Shown: positions 37,131 to 50,676, counted from the stretch's first letter. The stretch: 64,000 nt of DNA from Mobula hypostoma (GCF_963921235.1 NC_086108.1:29142001-29206000); one strand, 5' to 3'. The notes: a model not told the origin generated them from the letters alone. Numbers and translations: made by a program.

Positions 37131-39059
37131 CATGTTTGTGCCCCATTCTCACACAGGTTCTTTAATATTCAGTACTCATGTTCATTATCAAACTATCTGT
37201 TTTAGCATATCCCTAAATAGCTTTAATCTTCAACCTCAGTCTAATGCTCACCCTAACTCACCATCCCACCACTGAATGTGTAGGTGATAATGGACCAGTG
37301 TTTTTGACTGCTGAGTGTCATCCATGCAGAACTTACACAGGATTAGCAACAAGGACTGTATTTTAATCCAACAGAAACTTATAGCGCTTAATATTTACAA
37401 AATTTGCCACCTTTCCCTTGAAGAAACTTGCTAGAAATCCATCTCCACCAGTGAATTAAGCACCAGACCACCTTGTGAAATATGTGGATGCTAACAGCAC
37501 AGTATCATCCAACTATTCTTGAGTAAGTCACAATAAATATTAGTGTCATCAGCATGTTCTCATCTGCCTCGTTGAACACAGAAGGATATCGTCATTGCCT
37601 TGTGCTGTACAAACATCGGATTCATCTTCATTGCGTAAGTCATGATAAGCTTGTATCAACCAGACTTCTGATGTATTGATCAAGGGAACTCTTTGTTTCA
37701 CTAAGGCCCAGCCCATTATCTCTTAAAATTATGGGTAAGACATAAAAGTTTTTTCCCATAATGTGTTGCAGTAATGTGCAAACCTTCACTCCCCCCCCCC
37801 AAAAAAAGCTGCTAAAGTTTCAACTGAAAATTTCAAGACTAAATTGGGTAGATTTTAGCTGAAGTTAGGTGTTGCAGAATGCAACACTAATGCAGACAAA
37901 ATAAATCATTAAACTGTGATGTAATGAGACAAAACAAATGACATGTGATCAAATGTTTTCAGGATTCAAGATTCAAGATTGTTTATTGCCATTCTTCCAT
38001 GCAGGAGTATAAAGAATTAAATGGCTCTTACTCTGGATCTGATTCAGCTTAAAAAGTACAATAAATATAAAAGCAATCCTATAAACACAATCTACAAGTA
38101 ACTGTTGATTGTGACCAAGTACACATAAGATTAGCTAACATACATAGACTGATAGTATGTAGGGGAATGTAAGGAATGAAAGGTTCTGAGGGGCTGTGGA
38201 GAAGATTGGCCGATGTGGATGTAGTGGTGGTGGGATGGGTTAATGGGTAGAGGTGTTGTTGATCAGTTTGACGGCTTTGTCAGTGAGGTTGACTTCAAGT
38301 CAGCCAGGCCATAATATTTGGGAAGGGATGCTGTGATAGCTGAAGCCTCATTTACCAAGGGTGGAGTGAACAAAATGAGAAATACAACAGGCCAGAGATG
38401 TAAGGATGAGATGTCTCAGTGTGTTGCTCTGCTGGAAGGAGTTACAGGGAAAGAGAGAGGTGATCGATTATTCGGATTGCACCTGAGAATTTTAATTTGA
38501 GTAAATCAGTAGTTGTGGGGATGATGGGTGAACTGGATTTGGTGTCAGTTAAGAGCAGAGTTGAGGAGGTAGACGGCAGCATCCAGGAAAGCAAAGTTGG
38601 GAGGTTTGTTGCTAGATCTGCCAGTTTTATTACCTGTGAGTTAAGGATCATACAATCTAATAAATGCATGCTGGCAGTGTAGTATCATCCATCTATCCCT
38701 GAGTAGGTCACAATAAATTATGTGATATTTTGTAATGTAAATGAGCACGCTCTGGGCTTTGGATTATGATCGTTATTTTTCTTGAAAATATTTACACATC
38801 AAAGGTCGCAGATGAGCTTTTCAGCATAATAAATTAAAGTGTGGAAAGTGCTAACACTGATAATGAGAATGCTCATCCAGAAAATCTGAGACCAACTAAA
38901 ACAAAAGAGCAAAGCGAAGCTGTGAGGCAATGACACAAATAAATTAACAGCAGACCTTGTTTCAAGGGAACAAGGATAGGGAATACTGCAGGGAAAAGGC
39001 AGCCCTTTTGGTACCATTCTGTTGGTACTATACCTCCTCCATGCTTTTCTAATATGGAT

Positions 39060-39390
39060 ATAGAGTCTGAAAGAGATACATCATGGAAACAGCCGCTCGG
39101 CCCAGTCCATACCAACTATCAAACAACAATATTGGCACTACTTTCAATTTCTCCCCACTTATCTATTGATACATAAACCTCCCCCACACTTTTTCCCAAC
39201 AATTCCAACATTTAGCAAAGTGGTACACTTTCCATCAGTGAATTAACCTACATTTAGCCCTCTGTGCCATTAACCTGTGTGCATCCGGCTGTGTGAGAAA
39301 ACTGGAGTAGCCATGAGGACAGTGCACACGCCACACAGAAAGCACTTGCTCTCGGGATTGAATCTGAGTACCTGGAGCTGTGGCTGTCCA
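39060..39390 (-). mobile_element. Degenerate V-SINE
   Basis: CATGGAAACAG..CTCGGCCCA CR1-type tail and GGGATTGAA..TGGAGCTGTG head, reversed. Confidence 0.5.
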
Positions 39391-40414
39391 GCAGCATTGC
39401 AAGGATTCTTGTCTTAATACACAGCCTAGATCAAACTTTCACTCTACTCCTAATAATTTTTTCTTCAGTATGCATTTGCTTTCACAGGAAAATTACAGCC
39501 CATCTCAATAGACTTTTGTGTAAAGTAATAAAACAAAATTCATCCTGTATTTCTGCTCTCCTCTCATAATCGTACCTTTTGCTTCAAATTTATCATTTTT
39601 TCATCTAAAAGGTATGTTGGGTTCAGCATTAACAGACTTCAAGTGGTATTATTCAGATGTTCCAAAAATACCTTCTGAATTCCATCCTTACTTGAGAAAA
39701 TAGAGCTTCAAGGACTATCTTTTAAATGATATTTACACTCTACCAAAAATTTCTATTGTGATTCTATACAATGCCAATATCATGTTTGGAAACCAAAAAA
39801 TAATATCTGCAGATGCAGGAGATCAAAAATAAGCAGAAAATGCTGGGAAACACTGATCAAGTGAGGAAGCACCTGGAAAGAAGGTAACTGAGTTGACGTT
39901 TCAGTGTGGAGACCCTTTGTCAGTATGTAACAATGGATTGCAGATCCCAAACTCAGCACCGGATTATAAAGTGGGAAGCAATATTGTGCTATAAGTTATT
40001 TTTCTAGATACGCCATTGCTTTTGTGGGCAATGCCAAGATGTCAGCCTGATTAGAAACAGGCTGCCTTTTGTCCTGCTTTGGTTTCAGATATCCACTTCA
40101 CTTTTTGCTTAGAGAGGACAATATCATATATTGCATCCTTTAATGTATGCCCTCTCGAGTTGCCTCTTCTTGTCAATCCGCTGTACAGAAATGGTTTATA
40201 CATTTACTTTTAAAAAGATAATCTGTGTGGTTATCAAAAATTGACCATGCTTTTCCTGCATCATGTTGTCATTTTTGCTTCTTCTGCTCTTTGTGCAGTC
40301 TCGTAATTCCAGGCAAATTGAATTTCTGAGTGAAATAAAAGTAGGATAGGTACAAGCAAACCAGAGTGATGGGGCTGAGTATGGGGCAATTGGTATACAA
40401 GTAGATGCAGTGTA

Positions 40415-40813
40415 TGTTGTTGTGTGAATGGAATCACCGGCGAGAGTTATTGGTAGATACAAAGCCGCTTCTTTATTTGCCAAAACAAGGTACAGCAGGC
40501 ATTAATACCGAGATACTTTCAGTGGGAAGGTCTGCTGGCCCAACGTGGGGCTCGATATTTATTTGCTAAACCCAAAGGACAATCCATATTTACAAAGTGT
40601 AGACAATGCTTTCTTTTGAAGCTACATACAAATGTCACACCTTCTGATTCACATCCATCCCACAGGCACCAGCAGCGTCTGGACTGGAATTCACAGCTTT
40701 TAGGAATGCGTTGTTCCAAATTAAATCCACAATATATTTTCAAGGAACAGAAGACTGGTAGCCAAAGCCATTTGCAATATGTAAATGACTTAAACCCAAA
40801 AATCACTCTAACA
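40415..40813 (-). mobile_element. Solo-LTR-like repeat
   Basis: TGTT...AACA ends and a minus-strand AATAAA near 40473. Second copy at 13932-14265. TSD is unclear. Confidence 0.6.
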
Positions 40814-41189
40814 GAGTTTACCGAGACTAACAAGGAGGACAGGCAGATGATAGGGCAAAATTGCAGTCAGTGGGATGAGTTGCAGAGTAACATGGGAGAC
40901 AAAATCAAAAAGTGTGATGAATGTAGGACTGAAGGTGTTATATTTGAATGCATGCAGTATATGGAATATGGTAGATGATCTTGTAGTGCAGTTAGATATT
41001 GATAGACAATGTTATGAGCATTACTGAGTTGTGGCTGAAAGAAGAATATAGTTGGAAGCTTAACATCTGAGGACACATATTGCATTGACAGGAGAGGCAA
41101 GTAGACAGAGGAGTTGGCATGGCTATGTTTGTAAAAATGAAATCAAATCCTTAGACAGAGGTGACATAGGATTGGAAGATGTAGAACCC

Positions 41190-42620
41190 TTGTGGCACAC
41201 CACTAGTCACAGGCCTCCACTCAGAGAAACAATTCTCTACCATCACTCTCTGGCTTCTTCCATTGAGCCAATGTCTAATCCAATTTACCACCTCTCCATG
41301 TATACCTAGCGACTGAATTTTCCTAACTAACCTCCCATGCGGGATCTTGTCAAAGGCCTTACTGAAGTCCATGTAGACAATATCCACTGCCTTCCCTTCA
41401 TCCACTTTCCTGGTAACCTCCTCGAAAAACTCCAATAGATTGGTCAAACATGACTTACCATGCACAAAGCCATGTTGACTCTCCCTAATAAGTCACTGTC
41501 TATCCAAATGCTTGTAGATTCCATCTCTTAGTACTCCCTCCAATAAGTTACCTACTACCGACATTAAACTTACTGGCCTATAATTTCCTGGATTACTTTT
41601 CGATCCTTTTTTAAACAACGGAACAACATGAGCCACTCTCCAATCCTCCGGCACCTCACCTGTAGACAGCGACATTTTAAATATTTCAGCCAGGGCCCCT
41701 GCAATTTCAACACTAGTCTCCTTCAAGGTCCGAGGGAACACCCTGTCAGGTCCTGGGGATTTATCCACTTTAATTTTCCTCAAGACAGCAAGGACCTCCT
41801 CCTTTTTGATCTGTACAGTTTCCATGATCTCACTACTTGTTTCCCTTAATTCCATAGACTTCATGCCAGTTTCCTTAGTAAATACAGACGCAAAAAACCT
41901 ATTTAAAATCTCCCCCATTTCCTTTGGTTCCGCACATAGCCGACCACTCTGATCTTCAAGAGGACCAATTTTATCCCTTACAATCCTTTTGCTCTTAATA
42001 TACCTGTAAAAGCTCTTTGGATTATCCTTCACTTTGACTGCCAAGGCAACCTCATGTCTTCTTTTAGCCCTCCTGATTTCTTTCTTAAGTATTTTCTTGC
42101 ACTTCTTATACTCCTCAAGCACCTTATTTACTCCCTGCTTCCTATACACGTCATACAACTCCCTCTTCTTCTTTATCAGAGTTGCAATATCCCTTGAGAA
42201 CCAAGGTTCCTTATTCCTATTCACCTTGCCTTTAATCCTGACAGGAACATACAAATTCTGCACTCTCAAAATTTCTGCTTTGAAGGCTTCCCACCTACCG
42301 ATCACATCCATGCCAGAGAACAACCTGTCCCAATCCACGCTTTTTAGATCCTTTCTCATTTCTTCAAATTTGGCCTTCTTCCAGTTAAGAACCTCAACCC
42401 TAGGACCAGATCTATCCTTGTCCATGATCAAGTTGAAACTAATGGTGTTATAATCACTGGAACCAAATTGCTCCCCTACACAGACTTCTGTCACTTGTCC
42501 TAACTCGTTTCCTAACAGGAGATCCAATATTGCATCCCCTCTAGTTGGTCCCTCTATATATTGATTTAGAAAACTTTCCTGAACACATTTTACAAACTCT
42601 AAACCATCTAGACCATCTAA
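41190..42620 (-). mobile_element. Internal ORF2 fragment of the young CR1 family
   Basis: ORFs 41493..42656 and 41151..41465; nearly identical to 57199-58610. Confidence 0.93.
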
Positions 42621-44529
42621 GTAGATTGGGAAGATCAGGCTGGTGCTGGATCCCAAGGTAGGGGATTTGTAGAATGCGTATGAGATTGCTTCTTAGGAAA
42701 GCCTGTGGTTAAGGCCACTAGGGGAAAGGCTATTCTGGATTGGGTGTTGTATAATGAACTAGATTTGATAAGCGAGCCTGAGGTATAAAGGAACCCTTAG
42801 GAGACAGTGATCAATATGTGATAGAATTCAGTCAGCAATTCGACAGTGAGAAGCTTAAGTCAGCAGTAACAATAGTATCATGGAGTAAAGGGAACTATAG
42901 AGGTCTGAGAGAGGAACTAGCCAAAGAAGATTCTAAAGGTGGGTTGACACAACCATGGCTGACAAGTTGAGTCAAAGACAACATAAAAGCAAAAGCAAGG
43001 GCATAAAATAGAACAAAAATTAGTGGGAAGTTAAAGGATTGGGAAGCTTTTAAAAATCAACAGATGACAACTAAAAACTATAAGGATGGAAAATGTGAAA
43101 TATGAAGGTAAGCTAGCCAATAATATCAAAGGGTGTACAAAACATATTTTCAGATATATAAAGAGTAAAAGAGAGGCGAGTGGATATTAGTCTGCTTGAA
43201 AATGACACTGGGGAGATCTTAATGGGTGTCAAGGAAATGGTGCACAAACTAAATTTTGCATCAGTCTTCATTGTGGATGACAGTAGAAGTATGCAAAGTT
43301 CAAGAGTGTCGGGGGCAGAAGTGCTGTTGCTATTACTAGGGAGAAGGTGCTTGGGAAGCTTTGAGTTCTGAAGGTAGTTGTCACATGGACCAAGTGGACT
43401 ACTCCTCAAGATTCTTCGCAGAGAAATTTCCTTAGCCAGAGGGTGGTAAACTTGTGGAATTTGTTACCACATGCAGGTGTGGAGGCCAGGTCATTGGGTA
43501 TAATTTGGCAGAGATTGATAGGTTCTTGATTAGACATGGCATCAAAGGTTACAGAGAGAAAACTAGGGAATGGGGTTGAGGAGGGGATGAAAGGGTCAGT
43601 CATGATTAGATGGTGGAGCAAACTTGATGGGCCAAATGGCCTAATTCTGCTCCGATGTCTTATGGTCTTATTATGAAAGATGTAGCTGAAGTGATTGTGA
43701 AGGCATTAGTAATGATCTTTCAAGAATCACTAGATTTTGGAATTGTTCCAGAGGACTGGAAAATTGCAAACGACTCTTTACTCTTTAAGAAGAGAGGAAG
43801 GGAGAAAAAAGGAAATTATAGGCCTGTTAGCTTGACCTTAGTAATTAGTAAAGTGTTGGAGTCAATTGTTAAATATGACGTCTCAAGGTACTTGGAGGTA
43901 CATGTTGAAAGGACTAGATAGGGTGGATGTGGAGAGAATGTTTCCTATGGTGGGGTTATCCAGAACTAGAGGGCACAGCCTCAAAATTGAGAGGTGACCT
44001 TTTAGAACAGAGGTAAGGAGGAATCTTTTTAGCTAGAGTAGTGAGTCTGTGGAATGCTCTGCCACAGATTGCGGTGGAGGCCAAGTCTATGGGTATATTT
44101 AAGGCGGCAGTTGATAGTTTCCCGATCAGTCAGGGGACCAAGACATACAGTGAGAGGGCAGGTGTTTAGAGTTGACTGAGATCTGGGATCAGCCATGATG
44201 GAATATGAGAGTGGGCACGATGGGCTGAATGGCCTCATCTGCTCCTATGTCTTTGGTCTTCTGGTAAAATAGGTCAAAGTCAGCATGGTTTCCTTTAAGG
44301 AAAATATTTCTTGACAAATCTGTTGGAATTCTTTGTGGAGATAACAGGCAGGATAGACAAAGAAGAGTCAGTGAATGTTGTTCACTTAGATTTTCAGAAG
44401 GCCTTTGACAAGGTGCTGCACGTGAGGCTGCTTAGCAGGATAAGAGCCCATGGAATTACAGGAAGGATACCAGCATGTACAAAGGATTGGCTGACTGGCA
44501 GGAGGCAAAGAGTAGAAATAAAAGGAGCC

Positions 44530-45083
44530 TTTTCTGGTTGGATTGAAGGTCGGTGTCATGCCTGAGATCTGTGTGTCATCGGTGGAGTCAGAATATCTAC
44601 GGCTGTGTGCCCAGAAACTCGAGATCTTTGGGCACAGAGCTTGAAAAATGTGACTCAATGGACTTTTAATATCGTAAACCAGCGAGTTGCTTGTTATGTC
44701 TCCCCTCTCACTGTTAAACGGGGACACCTCTTTCTCCCTTATTCAGGAGAGAGAGAACCTGTAGTATGTCGAATACCAGGTGAATCGTGAAGTCTTTGGG
44801 GTAACTGCAAGTCTGTGTCTTTACTGTTGCTTTGCTCACATTTGAGTGCTTGGTGGTGGGTGCTGATACTTTTTTTGCCAGTGGGGGAGGGGGGATTGTT
44901 GTTTGCTGAGCTTACGAGAGGGAGGGAGGGGAGCTGGAAGGGACTTTGGGGTTCCAACATTTAACTGACGCTCATTCTTTGAGGCACTCCTCTGTTTTTG
45001 TGGATAGTTGCAAAGAAAAAGCATTTCAGAATGTAAATTGTATACATTTCTCTGACATTAAATATACCTTTGAAACCTTTGAA
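44530..45083 (+). mobile_element. Non-autonomous LINE-tailed repeat
   Basis: Ends CATTAAATATACCTTTGAAACCTTTGAA, a tail type shared with other repeats here. Confidence 0.5.
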
Positions 45084-45857
45084 CAGAACATTGCAGATGT
45101 GCCCATGTTTTGGAATAATGAAACACTAATATAACTACACAACTGTGGATTTGATTCATTTAATAACGCATCTAATAAACCAAGACATTGAAATCTTAGA
45201 GGAGATGATCCATTGCTAGGCCATAAGATCATGGATTATGTAATTTACGTTAAATAAGTATTAGGAGCTTTATTAAAAATGCTCATTTGTTGGCCTCTTC
45301 AGACCAAAGGAGTAAAAAGGAGGTTTTGGGGTAAAGACAGGCAACTTCTTGCCATGGGTTGGCCCAATATATTAACATTGCCCAGAGACATGTTAAACAA
45401 CATCAGCTTGAACTGACATTGATTGACATTGAAGCAACACACACAAAAAATGCTGGTGAATGCAGCAGGCCAGGCAGCATCTATAGGCCCCACCTCCTCT
45501 TTGTACCCCATCCCTTATGTATGTATCTATCTATCTATCTTCAAGTGGATAAGGAATAGTGTTATTTGAGTCCATTGAGGCAGAATGGAAACGGAGATCT
45601 GTTAGAAGATCACCACAAGCTGATCACAGCAAGGATTGGAGTTTTGTAAACAGTTATGAGGAAAAAGTTGAAATGTTTGAAAAATGATCTAAGCAATATC
45701 TAGAGAATTCAAAGCCCCAGAGCTACAAAGTTCACTCATCTGGAGGTAGCTTCTGTTTTATGGAATGTATTGTCAGATGGAACACACAAATAAAGATTAA
45801 TGGGAGAAGATGGTGCTCGTGCTTCTCCAATTTGCTTATGAAATGTAAACGCTCTTC

Positions 45858-46020
45858 CCCCTTACTCACTCTTCCTTCAGTTAGTCCTGACGAAGGGTCT
45901 TGGCCTGAAACGTCGACTGCACCTCTTCCTACAGATGCTGCCTGGCCTGCTGCGTTCACCAGAAACTTTGATGTGTGTTGCTTGAATTTCCAGCATCTGC
46001 AGAATTCCTGTTGTTTACGC
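45858..46020 (+). mobile_element. Short PLE 3' end with hammerhead and tail
   Basis: Matches 13770-13928. Flanks CGCTCTTCCCC/CGCTTTTCCCC resemble a TSD. Confidence 0.85.
45883..45918 (+). ncRNA. Minimal type I hammerhead ribozyme motif
   Basis: AGTC-CTGACGA-AGGGTCTTGGCCT-GAAA-CGTC-GACT. Confidence 0.85.
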
Positions 46021-46296
46021 TTTTCCCCCTGTTAGCTCTATGTTCCCCTTAGGAGAGGCAGACAATAGATTACAAACTGAGGACAAATAGGAGGAAAGTT
46101 GCTGCAACTCTTTCCAAACTATTCCCCCCCACACCTCACAAACCACCCCCATCCACTCTTGTATCCTCTCTCACGCATGCACAGATAAGCCAAATTGTTC
46201 TAGCAAATTACACGACAGTGTTTGATCCAGATGATATTGACCTCAGGCAGAAACACATTTCACTCACACTGAGAGATTTAACAAATCAGTGCAACT

Positions 46297-46742
46297 CAGA
46301 ATCAGAATCAGGTTTATTATCACCGGCATGTGATGTGAAATTTGTTAACTTAGCAGCAGCAGTTCAATGCAATACATAATCTAGCAGAGAGAGAAAAAAA
46401 ATAATAAATAAACAAGTAAATCAGTTACGTATGTTGAATAGATTTAAAAAATGTGCAAAAACTGTATATTAAAAAAAAAGTGAGGTAGTGTCCAAAGATT
46501 CAATTTTATTTAGGAATCGGATGGCAGAGGGGAAGAAGCTGTTCCTGAATCGCTGAGTGTGTGCCTTCAAGCTTCTGTACCTCCTATTTGATGGTAACGG
46601 TGAGAAAAGGGCTTGCCCTGGGTATTGGAGGTTCTTAATAATGGATGCTGCCTTTCTGAGGCACCGCTCTCTAAAGATGTCCTGAGTACTTTGTAGGCTA
46701 GTGCCCAAGATGGAGCTGACTAGATTTACAACCTTCTGCATC
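46297..46742 (-). mobile_element. Rex1/Babar-like 3' fragment with (GATTCT)n tail
   Basis: Reads QKVVNLVSSILG...LFSPLPSNRRYRSLKAHTQRFRNSFFPSAIRFLN. CAGAATCAGAATCAG at the left end. Confidence 0.85.
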
Positions 46743-48431
46743 AAATAATACCCTAAGACACAGGTCCACTAACCCCTGAGTGAGGAACTTCCAGATATTT
46801 AATCTGTTTCATTTAAACTAACTTGTTAAGCATGACCTTGTGATTTCCCCCAACCAATCTAACTGAGCTCATGTCATTACTCTTTAGTATACCGAACACT
46901 CAAAACAGGTATCAGGTTTGTACATCTGCTTGGAGTTTATTGCTAATGATTCTCACTGACAGATCAATAACTGATCGCAATTTGATCAATCCAAAATGAT
47001 TGAGTCATATTCTGCTGTTAAATTATCAGGAAGTTGCTAACTTTTCACTGTACGTTTATCACAGCTGTGCTGTGGCATTATTCAGAGTCCGATATTAATA
47101 GAGCACTTTCCAATCAATTCCATACAATTATTTGAGGTTGCCTAGTAATTATGTCCCTAAACAGCATCATGCTTTAATTACTGACCTTCCATTAGCTAAT
47201 CTTTTGACTGTCAAAACTAATTAGTTAGCTCCCAAACAGGTCAGACTATTAGAGCAGGGTAGCATTGGAGTGAGAGAAACAGAGTCAGAGACAGAGACAG
47301 AGAGAATGAAAGAGAGAAAGAGACCAAAAGATGGTTGTGGAGGGGAAGGAAAGGGGAAAGTGACAAAGGGGAGGGAGTGGAGCTCTAGAGAGGCTACTGG
47401 TGGGCCGAGAATACAAGAATATCACATATTCAGCTTATCGCACTGTTCAGTACAAACAAGAACCACCAAGAAAATAAATTGTTGAGAAAATGTAAAGAAG
47501 TATATGTTGCCTCCTTCTGTGTGATTGATGCTCCTTTCTCAACGGATTGATGAAATAATATTTGCAATCATCACCAGCTTCTTAGTTCCAAGCGCCTTGC
47601 CACTCTTTTATTGCACACTGGCAATTTCACAAGGCTGGGAGGGGGCAGTGGAGCAGATTAAATGTTGCATGAAGGGTTATTTTGCATTATTTTTGTGTAC
47701 AATTAGTTACGCCTACTCTTATCTACTAAAGCAAATGAAGGGAAACATTCCCATCCTGCTCTGATCATGTGTCAAGAGCTGACTGAACTGCTGTAAGGGA
47801 CTTAAGTGCATCATCTCATGGCAGACACTGACTAATAGAGACAAATAGAGTTGTAAAGCAAACAGAACATCAACCCTATTGTTTAGCTGTGAAGCACACT
47901 GCCTTTCATTTTAAAGAGGTCAGGCAAGGGAACAGGAAACATTTAAAGTAATTATGGACCTGCCTCAACAAAACCCTGAGTGGATTTTGTTTAAAGAGAA
48001 AGGGACAATATGGTTTTTTAATTTGTAATAGAAAGGCAGAAAACTCCTTTCATTGGTTGCACATGTTGGGTGGTAGATTTGATCTGTGCCGACTTCCCTG
48101 TTGATTCGTTTATGTCTGCTTCAATTTATATGTCTGCAGGAGGTCATGAGGTGAAGGTGAGGACCTAAGCTAAAATCAGGATCCATCAGAATAATTAGAG
48201 ATGTGTGGTGTTGGCAAAAGGGCGCTCAGCTGCATGGTTCAGATACATTATAAGGGAGATAATAACCTTCCCCATATGGGTTATTATGAACAGAGCAAAT
48301 GAGAGAGAGCAGAGGGAAGAAGGCTTCATCCCAACATTCCAAAGCCACCGTGAAATTGCCAAGCTTGGTGGGTCAACTAGTCCTTTCCAGCCCATCGATT
48401 TTTAATATTGCTATGCTCAAACACTTTAAGG

Positions 48432-49624
48432 CAGGGGTCCCCAACCTTCTTAGCACTGTGGACTGGTTTAATATTAACAATATCCTTGCAGACTGGCCGA
48501 CGGGGGGGGGGGCAGCGGGGGGTAGTGTTGTCAACAGACAAGAGTAGCAGTCAAATACTTTGTGTTTACCGATAGAAAGACTACAATGAAGCCTTGCGCG
48601 GGCACCAGTGCGCATGCGTGTACGTGCCGATTTTTTTCTACAAATCGTTTTTGGCGATTCTGTTCGGGGGGAGGTGGGGTGTTAATCATGACCGGAATAT
48701 AGGTGATAAGTGGCTAATACACTCAATTTCGTTTCTAAAAGGGTTTATCTAAAGAATTTAATATTAAACACAGCACATATTTTCCTCGCATGAATATAGT
48801 GATAAGTCAATTATCAGGGGAGGACAGGGGAGCCTGAAGTAAGTGTTTAACGAACTTCCAGTAGAAGTGGTAGAGGCAGGTTCGATATTATAATTTAAAG
48901 AAAAATTGGATAGGTATATTGATAGGAAAGGAGTGGAGGGTTGTGGGCTGAGTGCAGGTCAGTGGGACTAGGTGAGAGTAGCGTTCGGCACGGACCAGAA
49001 GGGCCGAGATGGCCTGTTTCCATGCTGTAATTGTTATATCGTTATATAAGTCACTTATAAGTCAATAGCATCATAATATTTTAAGTAACGTTTGGATATT
49101 AAACACACAGCACATATTTTCCCCATATGAACATATAAAATCATTGCAACACACCAATATCGCTGAATCAGTGGGAGCCCTGGGCTTGTTTCCCTGCAAC
49201 AAGATGGTCCCATCGAAGGGTGATGGGAGACAGCGATACTCAAAGGGGGTTCCTTATGTCCAGTCTATTCAGTAATTTAGTTTTCGTTGCCTTCACTGTA
49301 GAGATATGTTGGAAATGGAAGCAACGTTTTCAGTGCTTTCGTGGCTATCTCAGGATTTTCAGCCTTGACTTTGATCCAGAATGCCGGCAGAGATGTTATG
49401 TCAAACATACTTTTCAGCCCGCCATCATTTGCAAGCTCGAAGAGCAGATCTTTTTCCCGCGCTGACATGGATGACGCGCCGGTAATGACCTCGCGTGCGT
49501 TCAAGCTCAACAGTGGGCATGACAGGGAATGAGGAAAGGTGCAGCTGACTCATGTCGACAAATCATGTCATTTCCTCGCGGCCTGGTAACACATGCTTTG
49601 CGGCCCGGTGGTTGGGGACCGCTG
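48432..49624 (-). mobile_element. Internally deleted hAT Charlie/Buster element, containing a CR1 3' end (~48850-49048)
   Basis: Terminal inverted repeats CAGGGGTCCCCAACC/GGTTGGGGACCGCTG. Exact 8-bp TSD CTTTAAGG at 48424-48431 and 49625-49632. Peptide LPAFWIKVKAENPEIATKALKTLLPFPT...NRLDI...AGKQAQGSH matches the Buster-type C-terminal dimerisation region. Confidence 0.93.
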
Positions 49625-49718
49625 CTTTAAGGGGAACTCATTCTCCCACTTCACTACAACACACATCAAAGTTGCTGGTGAATGCAGCAGGCCAAGCAGC
49701 ATCTATAGGAAGAGGCGC

Positions 49719-49754
49719 AGTCGACGTTTCAGGCCAAGACCCTTCGTCAGGACT
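49719..49754 (-). ncRNA. Minimal type I hammerhead ribozyme motif
   Basis: Reverse complement reads AGTC-CTGACGA-AGGGTCTTGGCCT-GAAA-CGTC-GACT. Confidence 0.85.
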
Positions 49755-50640
49755 AACTGAAGGAAGAGTGAGTAAGGGATTTGAAAGCTGGAGGGGGAGG
49801 GGGAGATGCAAAATGATAGGAGAAGACAGGAGGGGGAGGGATAGAGCCGAGAGCTGGACAGGTGATAGGCAAAAGGGGATACGAGAGGATCATGGGACAG
49901 GAGGCCCAGGGAGAAGGAAAAGGGGGAGGGGGGGAACCCAGAAGATGGGCAAGGGGTATAGTCAGAGGGACAGAGGGAGAAAAAGGAGAGTGAGAGAAAG
50001 AATGTGTGTATATAAATAACGGATGGGGTACGAGGAGGAGGTGGGGCATTAGCAGAAGTTAAAGAAGCCAATGTTCATGCCATCAGGTTGGAGGCTACCC
50101 AGACGGAATGTAAGGTGTTGTTCCTCCAACCTGAGTGTGGCTTCATCTTTACAGTAGAGGAGGCCGTGGATAGACATGTCAGAATGGGAATGGGATGTGG
50201 AATTAAATCTGACATGTCTATCCATGGCCTCCTCTACTGTAAAGATGAAGCCACACTCAGGTTGGAGGAACAACACCTTATATTCCGTCTGGGTAGCCTC
50301 CAACCTAATGGCATGAACATCGACTTCTCCAACTTCTGCTAATGCCCCACCTCCCCCTCGTACCCCATCTGTTACTTATTTTTATATACACATTCTTTCT
50401 CTCACTCTCCTTTTTCTCCCTCTGTCCCTCTGAATATACCTCTTGCCCATCCTCTGGGTCCCCCCCCCACTTGTCTTTCTTCTCGGACCTCCTGTCCCAT
50501 GATCCTCTCGTATCCCTTTTGCCTATCACCTGTCCAGCTCTTGGCTCCATCCCCCCATCCCCCTCCTGTCTTCTCCTATCATTTTGGATCTCCCCCTCCC
50601 ACTCCAACTTTCAAATCCCTTACTCACTCTTCTTTCAGTT

Positions 50641-50676
50641 AGTCCTGACGAAGGGTCTCGGCCTGAAACGTCGACT
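50641..50676 (+). ncRNA. Minimal type I hammerhead ribozyme motif
   Basis: AGTC-CTGACGA-AGGGTCTCGGCCT-GAAA-CGTC-GACT. Predicted cut after C50672. Confidence 0.85.

Larger units (their letters stand above)
40310..44545 (+). mobile_element. Old, heavily decayed long CR1 hosting four later insertions
   Basis: Reads IFQESLDFGIVPEDWKIAN..KKGNYRPVSLT and TNLLEFF..HLDFQKAFDKVLH. Interrupted at about 40415-40813, 41190-42620, 43415-43670 and 43908-44262. Confidence 0.8.

Noticed and set aside
45430..46020. Possible PLE-mediated capture of ~340 bp of unique sequence between two PLE pieces
   Set aside because: The right piece has its own TSD-like flanks, so two independent insertions are simpler.
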